Below are positions 17,843 through 28,302 of a stretch of 46,430 bases of DNA, piece by piece. This DNA comes from Ardenticatenales bacterium (GTDB lineage Bacteria; Chloroflexota; Anaerolineae; Promineifilales; UBA4811), in assembly GCA_030593075.1 (NCBI GenBank), contig JAUVHW010000002.1, positions 1 through 46,430 of the forward strand. The letters run 5' to 3'. The notes beneath the pieces are model-generated. The model saw only the letters and a program-made list of their open reading frames with translations. It did not search any database and was not told where the DNA came from. Each line of letters starts with the position of its first letter. The first letter of the stretch is position 1. The position numbers and the translations under genes are program-made.

Positions 17843-19201
17843 CTATCTCTCGTCCTCAGCCCTGGCCCGGAAAAGCATTGCCAATGGAGTGCCCGGGAAG
17901 GGATGCTTCTCACGGATCTGGTTCTGCAAGTAGCGCTGGTAGGAGAAATGCGCCAGCCGTGGGTCGTTCACGAAAAAGAGGAACGTAGGGGGATCCACGG
18001 CTACCTGAGTTGTAAAGTAGAACTTTAGACGTTTGCCTGCCTTGGATGGCGGTGCGTGGCGTGCGACCGCATCGCGCACCAGCCTGTTCAGTTCGCCCGT
18101 GGGTATACGCTGATGCCGGGCCGCGCAGACATGCAGGGCTGTCGGAAGCACTTGGGACACCCGCTGCCCCGTCAGAGCAGAGATGAACAGCACCGGCACA
18201 TAGTCCATGAACTTGAGGTCGGACCGCAGCTTCCCGGTGTACTCTGCCATGGTGTGGGTATCCTTCTCAATGGCGTCCCACTTGTTCACGGCTACCACTA
18301 CGCTGGTCCTGTCCTCCAGAACAAAGCCGGCCACGTGCTGGTCTTGCGACGTCACTCCTTCCTGGGCATCGATCAGCAGCACAGCTACGTCTGCCCGCCT
18401 GATTGCGCCCAAGGCCCGCAGCACACTGTACTTCTCCACGCCAGGAGCAATCCGGCCGCGCCGCCGGATTCCGGCCGTGTCTATCAAGGTTACCGGTGTC
18501 CCCTCCCACGCCAGTTGCGTGTCGACGGAGTCGCGGGTGGTGCCTGGGATGGGGCTCACGATAGCCCGCTCCTCGCCCAGGAGGCGGTTCAGAAGAGAGG
18601 ATTTGCCCACGTTGGGCCGGCCGACTATGGCGATCTTGACCGACTCATCCTCGACTTGCTCCTCCGATAGCTGGGCAGGCAGTTCGCTCACCACCGCGTC
18701 CAGCAGATCCCCTGTCCCGGTCCCGTGGAGCGCGGAGACGGGGATTACCTGGCCGAGTCCCAGACGGTAAAAGTCGGCGGCCGACTCGCGGCTGGCGCGG
18801 CTCTCAGCCTTGTTGGCTGCGACAATCACCGGTATTGTGGTCCGGCGCAGGATCGTGGCCACTTCTTCGTCTGCGGCGGTCACTCCGGCTTGCGCATCCC
18901 CCAGCATGACCACTACGTCGGCCGCGTCAATGGCAATCTGCGCCTGGGCGCAAATGGCGGGCAGGAAGCGGGCTGAATCCTCCGACAGGGGAAGAGTGTG
19001 AAAGCCCCCTTCCACCTCGATCCCTCCCGTGTCCACGATAGTGAACACAATGCCATCCCACTCGGTATCCCCGTGGATGCGATCACGGGTGGTCCCCGGG
19101 ACCTCGGAGACCACCGCAACCCGCCGGCCGATCAGGCGGTTAAAGAGTGTGGATTTGCCAACGTTAGGGCGGCCGACCAACGCGACCATTGGTCTGCGCA
19201 T
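17843..19201 (-). CDS. der: Ribosome-associated GTPase Der (EngA)
   Basis: Two tandem GTPase domains (GRPNVGKSTLFN and GRPNVGKSSLLN; DTGG and DTAG; NKAE and NKWD) plus a KH-like C-terminus. The ATG at 19201 is preceded by GGAG at about 9 nt. The track start at 19210 (GTG) is also possible. Confidence 0.9.
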   Translation of the reverse strand: MRRPMVALVGRPNVGKSTLFNRLIGRRVAVVSEVPGTTRDRIHGDTEWDGIVFTIVDTGGIEVEGGFHTLPLSEDSARFLPAICAQAQIAIDAADVVVMLGDAQAGVTAADEEVATILRRTTIPVIVAANKAESRASRESAADFYRLGLGQVIPVSALHGTGTGDLLDAVVSELPAQLSEEQVEDESVKIAIVGRPNVGKSSLLNRLLGEERAIVSPIPGTTRDSVDTQLAWEGTPVTLIDTAGIRRRGRIAPGVEKYSVLRALGAIRRADVAVLLIDAQEGVTSQDQHVAGFVLEDRTSVVVAVNKWDAIEKDTHTMAEYTGKLRSDLKFMDYVPVLFISALTGQRVSQVLPTALHVCAARHQRIPTGELNRLVRDAVARHAPPSKAGKRLKFYFTTQVAVDPPTFLFFVNDPRLAHFSYQRYLQNQIREKHPFPGTPLAMLFRARAEDER

Positions 19202-19276
19202 GGAGTGCACTCCGCGGAGATCCAGATCAGGCCCAGAATACCCGGGTTCAGCGTCTCCCCGAAGCCATGATCACTA

Positions 19277-20611
19277 TCATTGCACCGGCGTTGGCGCAGG
19301 CGTAGAGGGGAGACCGGGCGTCAGCGTGCTGGTAAGGGTTGCTGTTCCAGTCACGACTGGCGCTGGGGTAGCCATCGCGAGCGGGTATATTTCAACCAGT
19401 AGAGCAGACGGTAGTACTCCCTCGATCTCGACGCCGGCGACGTTGCTGAACGCCGCTGGCAACAGCTGGTAGGAGCCCGGTTCGATCCCGTAGAGGTTGA
19501 GGGTGAGGCTCAAGTCGGTCTCTGGGTCAAAGGACTCCATGAGCGCCAGCGGGCCTACTAGCGACACACTGACTGTCTCCGGCGAGATGGTGGCAGCCAG
19601 ACCAGAGTCAGGCCCCTGAACCGTCGGTTTCCAGGGCACTGTCAGTGACGTCAATATTGGCTCCACATCCAATATCACCAGCACCGTCTGATCGCCAATC
19701 AGGGTCACTTTCTCCGGCACCTGCAGCCCGACACGCTGAACCAGATCCGTGTCCGCGCCTGAGACGTCTACCACAGAAGTGCTGACAAAACCAGGCAGCG
19801 CAGCGACGGCCTCGGGAGGGCCAAAGATCGTGACTCGCTGGGGCTCGACCGAATAGTCCACGAGCCGGTACCCGGGTGCAGTCGTGCCTGTGATGTTCAC
19901 AGTGACAAAGAGCTCAGCGTACTCGTCTGATTTGCTGACGGGCACACGCACGAGTATTTGCGTGGGGTACGCCTCCAGCCCTGTCACCAGTCTTCCTCTG
20001 GCGTCAGTCAACCGGACAGCCACCGCCTCCTCCACCGCCTCGCGTGCACCCTCAATTGAGAGTCTTGCCTGTGCCTCCTGGACCGGGTCTACCCTCGAGG
20101 CCGGGCCCTCCAATGTCACCGTCTGCGTTTCCATGACCGGTTCCCCTGCTATGTGACCAAGGGCTGGCTCGCCGACGATGGACAATGTAATCGGCAGAGA
20201 TCTGCTCCGGAACTGCTCCAGGTGGATTCGGACGCTTTCCACATCCTGCTGAACGATGCTGACCAGCGGATTGTCCACCGTGACCACCACGGGCACGTCG
20301 GCACCGCCGAGAGGAACGGTGGAGAGGTCAACAATCGCTTCGAAATTGCTGGGCTGGAGTTCAGCGAGCACCTGCCTGGGTCCGCGCACTACTACTTCGA
20401 TGGACTCATTTGGAGGGTCTGACAGGACTGCTCCGGCCGCATCTGTCAGCACCGTTCCTACCGGCATGTTGAGCATCACCACCCGCACCGGCTCCCGATA
20501 CGGCTGTTCATCAATCGGATTGGTCTCTTGGATGGCGACAAACCAGACAAAGATTGCCAGGACAAGAGCCAGGGCCAGCGTGCCCAGGTTGTCTGTCAGT
20601 GACCGAATCAC
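19277..20611 (-). CDS. cdaR: YbbR-domain protein, probable CdaA regulator
   Basis: N-terminal TM helix, then repetitive beta-rich YbbR-like modules. It sits directly downstream of cdaA on the same strand. GTG start preceded by ACGGAG. Pro/Thr-rich C-terminal tail. Confidence 0.75.
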   Translation of the reverse strand: MIRSLTDNLGTLALALVLAIFVWFVAIQETNPIDEQPYREPVRVVMLNMPVGTVLTDAAGAVLSDPPNESIEVVVRGPRQVLAELQPSNFEAIVDLSTVPLGGADVPVVVTVDNPLVSIVQQDVESVRIHLEQFRSRSLPITLSIVGEPALGHIAGEPVMETQTVTLEGPASRVDPVQEAQARLSIEGAREAVEEAVAVRLTDARGRLVTGLEAYPTQILVRVPVSKSDEYAELFVTVNITGTTAPGYRLVDYSVEPQRVTIFGPPEAVAALPGFVSTSVVDVSGADTDLVQRVGLQVPEKVTLIGDQTVLVILDVEPILTSLTVPWKPTVQGPDSGLAATISPETVSVSLVGPLALMESFDPETDLSLTLNLYGIEPGSYQLLPAAFSNVAGVEIEGVLPSALLVEIYPLAMATPAPVVTGTATLTSTLTPGLPSTPAPTPVQ

Positions 20612-20667
20612 GGGCTACTCCGTCTGCTGGGGTCAGGCCTCTCCTCGTCTGGAGCGAGGATCTGACC

Positions 20668-21516
20668 TCAACTCTCCTTGGCCGTCGCCTTCGATGAGCG
20701 TCTGAGCAGCGTCGGCATCCAGCGCAGCCAATCGCGCCGAAAGCGCGGCTGGAAGAAGGCCCTCAGGATGGTCTCTAGTCGCAGGGCGTCCAATCGGCGA
20801 ATCATCCTGCCGTTGTGTGTCACCGAGATCTGGCCGGTCTCTTCCGAGACTACTACCACAATAGCGTCGCTTACCTCACTGATGCCCAGTGCCGCCCGAT
20901 GGCGCAGACCCAGGTGCCGCTCGTCGCTGTGAATCCTCCCCGCCGACAGTGGTAGGACGCAGGCGGCAGCCACGACACGGCCGTCACGCACAATTGCGGC
21001 ACCATCGTGAAGCTCAGTGTTGGGAAAAAAGATCGTCTCCAGCAGCTCTCGAGAAAGCAGCGATTCCAGCGGGGTGCCGGTGTCCACGTACTCCTGCAGG
21101 CCCGTGTCACGTTCCAGCACGACTAGTGCACCATGGCGCCGCTCTGACATGCGCTGGCAGGCCTGAGCGATGCTGCTGATGAGTGCACCCTGCTCTTCCT
21201 CGCGGAACCCGCGGAAGAGTGAGCCTGCCTGCCCCAGGCGCTCAAAGGCACGGCGTAGTTCGGGCTGAAAGATGATGGGAATGGCGAGCAGCAGGGCGGG
21301 AATCGTCTTGTCTATCAGCCACCCGAATGCCGGCAGTTCGACGACTGACGTGAGCGACAGAACTACTAGTACGATTAGTGTCACCCCCCGCAGCAACTGC
21401 ACCGCCCGCGTGCCCCGGATTAGGAGGAGTATGAGGGTGAAGACTAGGGTCACCAGCGCAATGTCGACAACGCTGGCCCACGTTAGGGTCCCAACCAGCC
21501 GCCAGAGGTCGGTCAA
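20668..21516 (-). CDS. cdaA: Diadenylate cyclase (c-di-AMP synthase), membrane-bound CdaA type
   Basis: Three N-terminal TM helices plus a DAC domain with HDGAAIV, LGLRHRAALG and VVVSEETGQISV. The TTG start at 21516 overlaps the upstream TPR gene's stop (TTGA). Confidence 0.9.
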   Translation of the reverse strand: MTDLWRLVGTLTWASVVDIALVTLVFTLILLLIRGTRAVQLLRGVTLIVLVVLSLTSVVELPAFGWLIDKTIPALLLAIPIIFQPELRRAFERLGQAGSLFRGFREEEQGALISSIAQACQRMSERRHGALVVLERDTGLQEYVDTGTPLESLLSRELLETIFFPNTELHDGAAIVRDGRVVAAACVLPLSAGRIHSDERHLGLRHRAALGISEVSDAIVVVVSEETGQISVTHNGRMIRRLDALRLETILRAFFQPRFRRDWLRWMPTLLRRSSKATAKES

Positions 21517-23819
21517 GGTGCTTTCTTGATCTGTGCCAGGAGGTGCTGGTATCCCTCCACCTCGGCCGGCCCGAGCGACAGGATGGCCTCAATGGTCCTG
21601 CCGGCGTCTTCCCGGAGCCCGGCATCCAGCTGCAGCTCGCCCAGGCGGTCCAGATGCTCAATTGCCTTCTCTCGCTCGCCAGTCTGCGCGTAGGCGGCCG
21701 CTAGGCGGCTCAGCAATCCGGTATCATCGGGCTGCTGGGACAGCAGATCGTTCAGGATAGCCAGAATCCTCTTGCTCCTGTTAAGCGAGGCTAGTCTCTC
21801 CAGGAAGCGATCCAGTTCGGCCATCGCCTCGTGGCCCCGGTCCATCTTGAAGAGGAGTTCAACCAGGGTGACATTGGCGCGCTCGTCGTCCGGGGCCTGG
21901 CGGACGATCTGCTTGTAGATGCTCACCGCGTCTCGCCAGGAAAGGCGCTGCATGTCAATGTCGGCGACTCTATGCAGAATCGCGACTGGCCACTGCTTCT
22001 CCGGGTCACCGCGTGGCGCCAGGTGCAGCGCTGACAGGTAGGTGTCGCGGGCCTTGTCTACTTGAGCCAGCTGGTAATAGGCATCGGCCATTGCCACAGA
22101 GTGTTCCAACGCGCGGTCTATCTCTCCGTGCCGCTTAAGCATCTCGACCATCCGACTCCGCAGCCCGATGTCCAGGGGATCCAACGCCACTGCCTGCTCA
22201 AGGGCGTTTGCTGCCCGTGTGATGTCTCGCCGGGCGCGGTAGGTCTGAGCCACGGTGACGAGTTTGTTGCGTGCGCCCTCCGTGTTTCCCCTCTCTTGCA
22301 GCAGTCGGGCCAGCCGCACGTGTGTTGGCAGGTAGAAAGGAGCCAGCTGGACCGCGCGATAGCACTCCTCCAGGGCGGTGTCAGGCCAGCCGCGTCGAGC
22401 GAACTCACTGGACATAGAGATGGATTCCAGCAGTTCATCCGAGCCGGGGAGGGTCAGGATCTCGGCCAGGCTCATTGTCTGGCCGCCATCGGCGAGCTCG
22501 TCCAGGTGCTCGCGGGCTTCTCGGACTTTGTCCTGCCACCCTTTGGTACCGAGGAACTCCACCAAGGCGTTGGCGAACCGGGCCGCTTGCTCCTGCTCTC
22601 CCTTCATGGCGTAGGTGCTGGCCAGGCCCTCGTAGAGACGCACCAGGTCGCCAACCTGCTCACGCTTCACGGTCTGCATGTCCACAATCTTGGCCACCTC
22701 CACGAAATGGGTGATGGCCTCGTCGAATCTCCCTTTGGCCCGGTAGCACTCGCCCAACGCAAAATGGCTGCCGAGCCTGTACTCGGGGTCCTGCACAGAA
22801 GCTTGGAGCTGCTCGATCGCCTCGTCCAGTCGCAGCCGCTCCTGGTAGAGGAGCCCAAGGTTGAAGCGGGCGGCCGGCTGCCTGACACCGCTCATGATTG
22901 CGAGCTCGTAGGATTCTATCGCGTCATCGATCTCCCCGCGGGTCTGGAGCTCTATTGCCTTTCCGATCAGCGCGTCCCGGTCCCCGATCTCCTGCACCGG
23001 GCCGGCAGAGGGCTCTTCCTCGAAGATGATCTCTGCCAAGTCCGCCAGCGCGGCCTGCCGGGCGTCTTCGACTGGACTGCCTGCCCCTTCCCATTCGGGC
23101 TCCTGCTCCTCGGCCCATCCCAGCGGTTCGCCACTCTCCAGCGCATCGATGGCCGAAGCCACCACGTCCCCTGCCAACGCACCAACAGGCATCGAATCCC
23201 CCGGCGGCAGAGCCGGCTCCTCCAGCTCCAGTCCCTGTTGCAGCAGGCTCACAGCAGCCAGCACGTCGGGGTTGTTTGGATCAGCTTCCAACGCTTCCTT
23301 GCAGACTGCGGCCGCCTGCCCCACATCACCCTGTGCCTGATATATGCGCGCCATGGCTAGCCGTTCCCTGACAGAGTCCCGGTGACGTCCCATCTTCTCG
23401 TAGACCACTGCAAGCCGCTGCCGAGCCCCCAGCAGGTCGGGGGCCAGGCGTGTCGCCCGCTCCCAGTTCGAGACTGCCGAGTCCAGGTCGCGCTCCTTGA
23501 GGTGAGCTTCTGCGACCGCCATGTAGATTCGAGCAGCTTCCTCGATCCTGCCCATCCGCTCCAGGATGTCCGCGGTACGGGCGAGCGCCGCGGTGTCGCC
23601 AGGGTCCAGGCGGACCGCATACTGGTAGTATCGAAACGCGGTGTCGTACTCGGCCAGCTCAAAGTACGCCTGCCCCAGTTGGGAGTACGCCACTGGGTCG
23701 TCAGAGAACTCGGCCACAGCTGTTTCCAGCTGCTCAATGGCCTCCCGCCATTCCTTGTCCCAGGCGTGCTGGGCAGCCAGGTTCAGCGCGTCCAGGTAGC
23801 GTTGCCGGTCTCCCGCCAC
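21513..23819 (-). CDS. Large tetratricopeptide-repeat (TPR) protein
   Basis: 768 aa of repeated A..Y..A..LDP-type TPR helices, for example AFRYYQYAVRLDPGD, ALEADPNNPD and AVALDPLD. GTG start at 23819 preceded by AGGGAG. Confidence 0.8.
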   Translation of the reverse strand: MAGDRQRYLDALNLAAQHAWDKEWREAIEQLETAVAEFSDDPVAYSQLGQAYFELAEYDTAFRYYQYAVRLDPGDTAALARTADILERMGRIEEAARIYMAVAEAHLKERDLDSAVSNWERATRLAPDLLGARQRLAVVYEKMGRHRDSVRERLAMARIYQAQGDVGQAAAVCKEALEADPNNPDVLAAVSLLQQGLELEEPALPPGDSMPVGALAGDVVASAIDALESGEPLGWAEEQEPEWEGAGSPVEDARQAALADLAEIIFEEEPSAGPVQEIGDRDALIGKAIELQTRGEIDDAIESYELAIMSGVRQPAARFNLGLLYQERLRLDEAIEQLQASVQDPEYRLGSHFALGECYRAKGRFDEAITHFVEVAKIVDMQTVKREQVGDLVRLYEGLASTYAMKGEQEQAARFANALVEFLGTKGWQDKVREAREHLDELADGGQTMSLAEILTLPGSDELLESISMSSEFARRGWPDTALEECYRAVQLAPFYLPTHVRLARLLQERGNTEGARNKLVTVAQTYRARRDITRAANALEQAVALDPLDIGLRSRMVEMLKRHGEIDRALEHSVAMADAYYQLAQVDKARDTYLSALHLAPRGDPEKQWPVAILHRVADIDMQRLSWRDAVSIYKQIVRQAPDDERANVTLVELLFKMDRGHEAMAELDRFLERLASLNRSKRILAILNDLLSQQPDDTGLLSRLAAAYAQTGEREKAIEHLDRLGELQLDAGLREDAGRTIEAILSLGPAEVEGYQHLLAQIKKAP

Positions 23820-23939
23820 AGTCAGTCTCCCTGTGAGCAGCCGGAGTCATCCTCGCAAGGCTGGCCGAAATGCAGCGTCTCTGAGCTGTTCATAGCCTGA
23901 TAGAACGGTCTCCTCCCGAGCTAGCTGCTCCAGAACCCG

Positions 23940-24857
23940 CTATCCCAGCAACTCTACCAGAATCGCTTTCTGTGCATGGAGCCGGTTCTCGGCCTGGTCA
24001 AAGAGGGCTGAATTGGGGCCGTCAGCGACCTCATCGGTAATCTCCTCTCCCCGGTGGGCTGGCAGGCAGTGCAGGACCGTGACCTGGGGACTGGCTCCAC
24101 TGAGCAGTTGCTGGTTCACCTGGTAGGGCGGGAAGATCCGGCGACGGGCGGCCGCCTCGTCCTCCTGTCCCATGCTCGCCCAGGTGTCGGTGTAGACCAC
24201 GTCGGCACCTTCCACGGCAGTGGTGGCATCGGTGAGAGCGGACACCGTGCCCCCGCTCTCCGACGCGTACTGCCTTGCCAGCGCCACATCCTGGCTCGGC
24301 AGAGCGTACTCTGCTGGCGTCGCGATGACGAATTCGGCCCCCAGCTTGGCTGCGCCGAACATCAGGGTGCGCGCCACGTTATTGCCGTCCCCAACAAAGG
24401 CGATTCTCAATCCAGCGATCCGGCCGTGCGTCTCGAGGATAGTGAGCAGGTCAGCCATCCCTTGGCAAGGATGGCTGTAGTCTGAAAGGCCGTTGATGAC
24501 CGGCACTCGCGAGTACTGGGCTAGTTCAACGATGTCATCGTGGGCAAAGACCCGCGCCATGATCCCATCCACATAGCGCGACAGCACTCGCGCTACGTCG
24601 GCTACGCTCTCCCGCCTGCCCAACTGGATCTCATTCGGCGACAAGTAGAGTGCCTGCCCGCCCAGGTGGATCATCCCCACGTCGAACGAGACACGGGTGC
24701 GGAGCGACGGTTTCTGGAAGACCATCGCCAGCGTCTTGCCGGTCAGCCGGTCCTTCCCGCCACCCACCTTCCACTCGTGCTTTAGCTCGACTGCAAGGTC
24801 CAGCAGCCGCTGGATGTCGGCCCCAGACAGGTCAGTCAAATTGAGGAGGTGTTTCAC
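23940..24857 (-). CDS. argF: Ornithine carbamoyltransferase
   Basis: SLRTR (carbamoyl-phosphate site), HPCQ and [10 protein letters not shown]. Start set at the GTG at 24857 ([11 protein letters not shown]), preceded by GGGAGG. The track start at 24884 (TTG) adds 9 non-conserved residues. Confidence 0.9.
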   Translation of the reverse strand: MKHLLNLTDLSGADIQRLLDLAVELKHEWKVGGGKDRLTGKTLAMVFQKPSLRTRVSFDVGMIHLGGQALYLSPNEIQLGRRESVADVARVLSRYVDGIMARVFAHDDIVELAQYSRVPVINGLSDYSHPCQGMADLLTILETHGRIAGLRIAFVGDGNNVARTLMFGAAKLGAEFVIATPAEYALPSQDVALARQYASESGGTVSALTDATTAVEGADVVYTDTWASMGQEDEAAARRRIFPPYQVNQQLLSGASPQVTVLHCLPAHRGEEITDEVADGPNSALFDQAENRLHAQKAILVELLG

Positions 24858-25023
24858 AGGTGCCTCCCGCGTGGGCTCCCCCAAGTCTCTTGCTCGCGCC
24901 CCGCTGTTGCCCTCATGGCGCCAAGTATAGCACAGGAAGATGACAATGCAATGGTCCCCTGAACATCGCGTAGCGGTGACTTCGCCCGGCGGCGGTGGCC
25001 TGCGCCAGAGATCGGATTCCGCG

Positions 25024-27816
25024 TTATGTCATCTCAAGCCAATTGGGACCTGCCTTGGTATCTGCCTTGAGCGCTGCTCGCAGTTGGTACGCATCCTCCA
25101 TGACTCTCGAAGCCAGTTTGGTGACCGGTTCCAGTTCCTCCGCCGGGACTTCTAGCACCAACTCGTCGTGCACCTGGAGAATCATCCTGGCGCGATAACC
25201 TTCTGTGGCCAGCGCCCGGTGCAGGTCTATCATCGCAATCTTGATGATGTCGGCTGCGCTTCCCTGGATGGGAAAGTTGACCGCCTCTCGTTCGGCTCGC
25301 TGGCGAGCCAGCGCAGAGGTGCGCCCGCCGGCGGCCGTCCCCTGCAGCACCGGGAAGTAGCGCCTACGCCCCAACACTGTCTCGACCCAGCCTTGCTCCT
25401 TTGCCTGGCGGATGGTCTCCTCCAGATAGCCGCGCACCGCAGGGAAACTGTCAAAGTAGGACTCTACGAAATGCTCCGCCTCCGCCAGCGTCAGCTCTGA
25501 CTCCCGCGCCAGTCGAAAAGCGCTCATCCCATATAGCAGGCCAAAGTTAACGCTCTTGGCGAAGCGGCGTTGATCTCGCGTGACCTGGTCGAGAGGGATA
25601 CGATGCACGGCGGCTGCCGTAGTGGCGTGGATGTCCTGTCCGCGCTGGAACGCTTCCAGGAGCCCGGGGTCCTGGCAGATGTGGGCCAGGACGCGCAGCT
25701 CCACCTGGGAATAATCGGCCGCCAGAAAGAGATACCCGGGCCGAGCCACGAACGCGCGCCGAACCTGGCGGCCCAGCTCGGTACGGATGGGGATGTTCTG
25801 CAAGTTCGGCCCCGAAGACGCAATGCGGCCCGTAATCGCGCCGGCCTGGTTGTAGGACGTGTGAATCCGGCCGGTAGCGGGATTCACCATTTCAGGCAAT
25901 GCGTCGACGTACGTGGACTTGAGCTTGGTGACCTCACGGTGCTTCAGAACGCGATCGATGATCGCGTGGCGCCCCTTGAGCGTCTCCAGTACGCCGGCCG
26001 CCGTCGAGTAGTGGCCGGATTTCGTCTTTCGAAGTCCTTCTGTCGGCAGCCCCAGTTCCTCAAACAGCACCTTGCTCAACTGCTGGGTAGAGTTGATGTT
26101 GAAGGGGTGTCCAGCCAGCTGGTGGATGCTCTCCTCCAGCGCGCCCAAGCGGCCGGCCAGCTCGATCGACATCTGCTGCAGAAAGCCGGGGTCTAGCGCC
26201 ACACCGGTCTGCTCCATCTGCGCCAGGACGGGGATCAGCGGCATCTCGACCTCGGCAAAGAGCCGCCACAGCCCCTTCTCCTTCAACTCGGGTTCCAGCT
26301 GTTGCTGCAGACGAAGCGGCATATCGACATCGGCGGCCGCATAGGGCGCCGCCTGGGCTATGGGGACCTGCGCCATGGTGATCTGCTTGGCTCCTCGGCC
26401 AATCAGCTGGACGATCTCGGTCATCTCGACTCCGAGCCGCATCCAGGCCTGGTTCTTCAGCCCCAGGCCGCGACTGGCTGGCTCCAGCAACCAGGCGGCT
26501 AGCATTGTGTCAAAGGTGATGGGGGCCACGCTCAGACCAAGCCGCTCCAACACGGTCAGATCGTACTTGGCATTGTGGGCGACCTTGGGGATTCCCGGGT
26601 CCGTCAGCACCGGCCGCAGCGCGGCGATCACGTCAGCGGCTGGTAGCTGTTTCCCTCTGTCTTCTTCCAGCACGTGCCCCACCGGTACATAGTACGCCTC
26701 GCCGGCAGCCGGACTGACGGCTATGCCCACCAGTTCGGCCGTCATCTCGTCGGTGCTGGTTGTCTCGGTGTCGAAGCAGATTGCCGGGGCTTCCGCCAGA
26801 TGCCTGACTAGTGCCTCCAGGTCGGCCGCGCTGGAAACCACGTGGGTCCGGGTACCGGCGCGCTCAGCGCCAGAAGCAACCGCCGAGTGTGCGACGGCGC
26901 TCTCGGCCTCCGCAAAGAGGCCCAGCTGCCGCCCGTCAGGCCCGGCAGCGCGCTCTCGAAGCCGTTGCCCCAGCGAGCGGAACTCCAGTTCACGCATCAA
27001 GTCGGCCACCCTGGCTCGATCGAAATCGGCCGCCCGGCAGGCCTCCAGGTCTAGCGTCACCGGCACGTCGATGGTGATGCGAGCCAGCCGCTGGCTCAGG
27101 AGAGCGTTCTCCCGCCCCTTGACCAGGGCGCTGCGAAAACGGGCGCTCTCGATCTCGTCCACGTGCTCGTAGATCTGCTCCAGCGTCTCGTATTCCTGCA
27201 GCAGTTTGACGGCCGTCTTGTCCCCAACGCCCCGCACTCCAGGGATGTTGTCTGATGTATCGCCCACCAGCGCCTTATAGTCCACGATCTGATCCGGCCG
27301 GATGCCGTACTTCAACTCTACTGCGCTCGGATCGTACTCATCAGTACCCTTGCGGCCCGCCAGGAGCACGTGTGTCTGCTCGTCCACCAACTGCAGCAGA
27401 TCGCGGTCTCCGGTGAGAATGCGCACCCGTACTCCCTGAGCGGCCGCCTGCTGGGCGATGGTGCCCAAGACGTCGTCCGCCTCGTATCCATCCTTCTCAA
27501 GAATCGGCACGTTGAAGGCGGCTACCACCTCCCGGATGCGATCTACCTGCATGTGCAACTCGTCCGGAGTCTTGGCCCGGGTTGCCTTGTAGTCGGGAAA
27601 GATCTCGTCCCGGAACGTCTTGCCGGTGTCAAAGCTCACCGCCAGGTACTCGGGCGGGTCATCCGCCAGGATCAGGTCCATGAGAGCACGGGCAAAGCCA
27701 TAGGTCGCGTTCGTCGGCTCCCCGGCGCGCGTGGAGAATGAATCCATCGGCAAGGCAAAGAACATCCGGTAAGCCAGTGCGTGGCCATCGACCAGGACCA
27801 GTTCCTTGCGAGGCAT
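25024..27816 (-). CDS. polA: DNA polymerase I
   Basis: 930 aa. 5'-nuclease domain ([24 protein letters not shown]), a central exonuclease-like domain, and polymerase motifs A ([12 protein letters not shown]), B ([14 protein letters not shown]) and C (QVHDELVLE). Confidence 0.97.
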   Translation of the reverse strand: MPRKELVLVDGHALAYRMFFALPMDSFSTRAGEPTNATYGFARALMDLILADDPPEYLAVSFDTGKTFRDEIFPDYKATRAKTPDELHMQVDRIREVVAAFNVPILEKDGYEADDVLGTIAQQAAAQGVRVRILTGDRDLLQLVDEQTHVLLAGRKGTDEYDPSAVELKYGIRPDQIVDYKALVGDTSDNIPGVRGVGDKTAVKLLQEYETLEQIYEHVDEIESARFRSALVKGRENALLSQRLARITIDVPVTLDLEACRAADFDRARVADLMRELEFRSLGQRLRERAAGPDGRQLGLFAEAESAVAHSAVASGAERAGTRTHVVSSAADLEALVRHLAEAPAICFDTETTSTDEMTAELVGIAVSPAAGEAYYVPVGHVLEEDRGKQLPAADVIAALRPVLTDPGIPKVAHNAKYDLTVLERLGLSVAPITFDTMLAAWLLEPASRGLGLKNQAWMRLGVEMTEIVQLIGRGAKQITMAQVPIAQAAPYAAADVDMPLRLQQQLEPELKEKGLWRLFAEVEMPLIPVLAQMEQTGVALDPGFLQQMSIELAGRLGALEESIHQLAGHPFNINSTQQLSKVLFEELGLPTEGLRKTKSGHYSTAAGVLETLKGRHAIIDRVLKHREVTKLKSTYVDALPEMVNPATGRIHTSYNQAGAITGRIASSGPNLQNIPIRTELGRQVRRAFVARPGYLFLAADYSQVELRVLAHICQDPGLLEAFQRGQDIHATTAAAVHRIPLDQVTRDQRRFAKSVNFGLLYGMSAFRLARESELTLAEAEHFVESYFDSFPAVRGYLEETIRQAKEQGWVETVLGRRRYFPVLQGTAAGGRTSALARQRAEREAVNFPIQGSAADIIKIAMIDLHRALATEGYRARMILQVHDELVLEVPAEELEPVTKLASRVMEDAYQLRAALKADTKAGPNWLEMT

Positions 27817-27959
27817 GCTGTAGCTCCTTTCCGCTCGCGGCGGCTCTCAGTCGCGAATCCGCCAGGGCACGAGGCCCGATTTCGTGTAACCAGCGTCGCC
27901 AGGCGCCGGAGACCTGTGCCTGGCCGAGCCTGGCAAGTTTGGTGTGCGCATCTTCCTAT

Positions 27960-27987
27960 ATTATAGCGACGAACGGGATCGATACAA
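27960..27987 (-). promoter_or_regulatory. Possible polA promoter
   Basis: On the minus strand: TTGTAT (27987-27982), a 16-nt spacer, then TATAAT (27965-27960). It lies in the only AT-rich patch of this intergenic region. Confidence 0.35.
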
Positions 27988-28232
27988 GACTACTGTGCGG
28001 AGCCTGACGTGGAGCACTGTCTTGGTCGGCGCTATCGGACAGGTCTGTGGCTTGGGGGGCGTAGCCTAGATGGAGCAGCGCACCGAGACCTACTCCATCG
28101 GGGACCAACCCCGCGCGCCAGCCGAGAGCCGCGATGTGCCTCAAGGCGCCGAGCATACTGACTCTTGTCTCTAGCACAGCAGAGGGACCAGCCGTCACGG
28201 TGGCGGGGCCACCGGATGCTCGCCTGGCGAGT

Positions 28233-28261
28233 TTGGCTGCCCTGCCCGAACGTGCTACAAT
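28233..28261 (+). promoter_or_regulatory. Promoter of the microcompartment operon
   Basis: TTGGCT (28233-28238), a 17-nt spacer ending in TGC (extended -10), then TACAAT (28256-28261). Followed by GGAGAGAG (28287-28294) and the TTG start at 28303. Confidence 0.55.
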
Positions 28262-28302
28262 TGCGCCCTGCCCTCTGGAGCGAGACGGAGAGAGTCAGAA
28301 CA

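Noticed and set aside
28165-28302. Longer RpiB start at 28165
   Set aside because: The extended -10 promoter (28233-28261) lies inside this stretch. The encoded residues (WRGHRMLAWRVWLPCP...) look non-protein-like. An RBS precedes the TTG at 28303.
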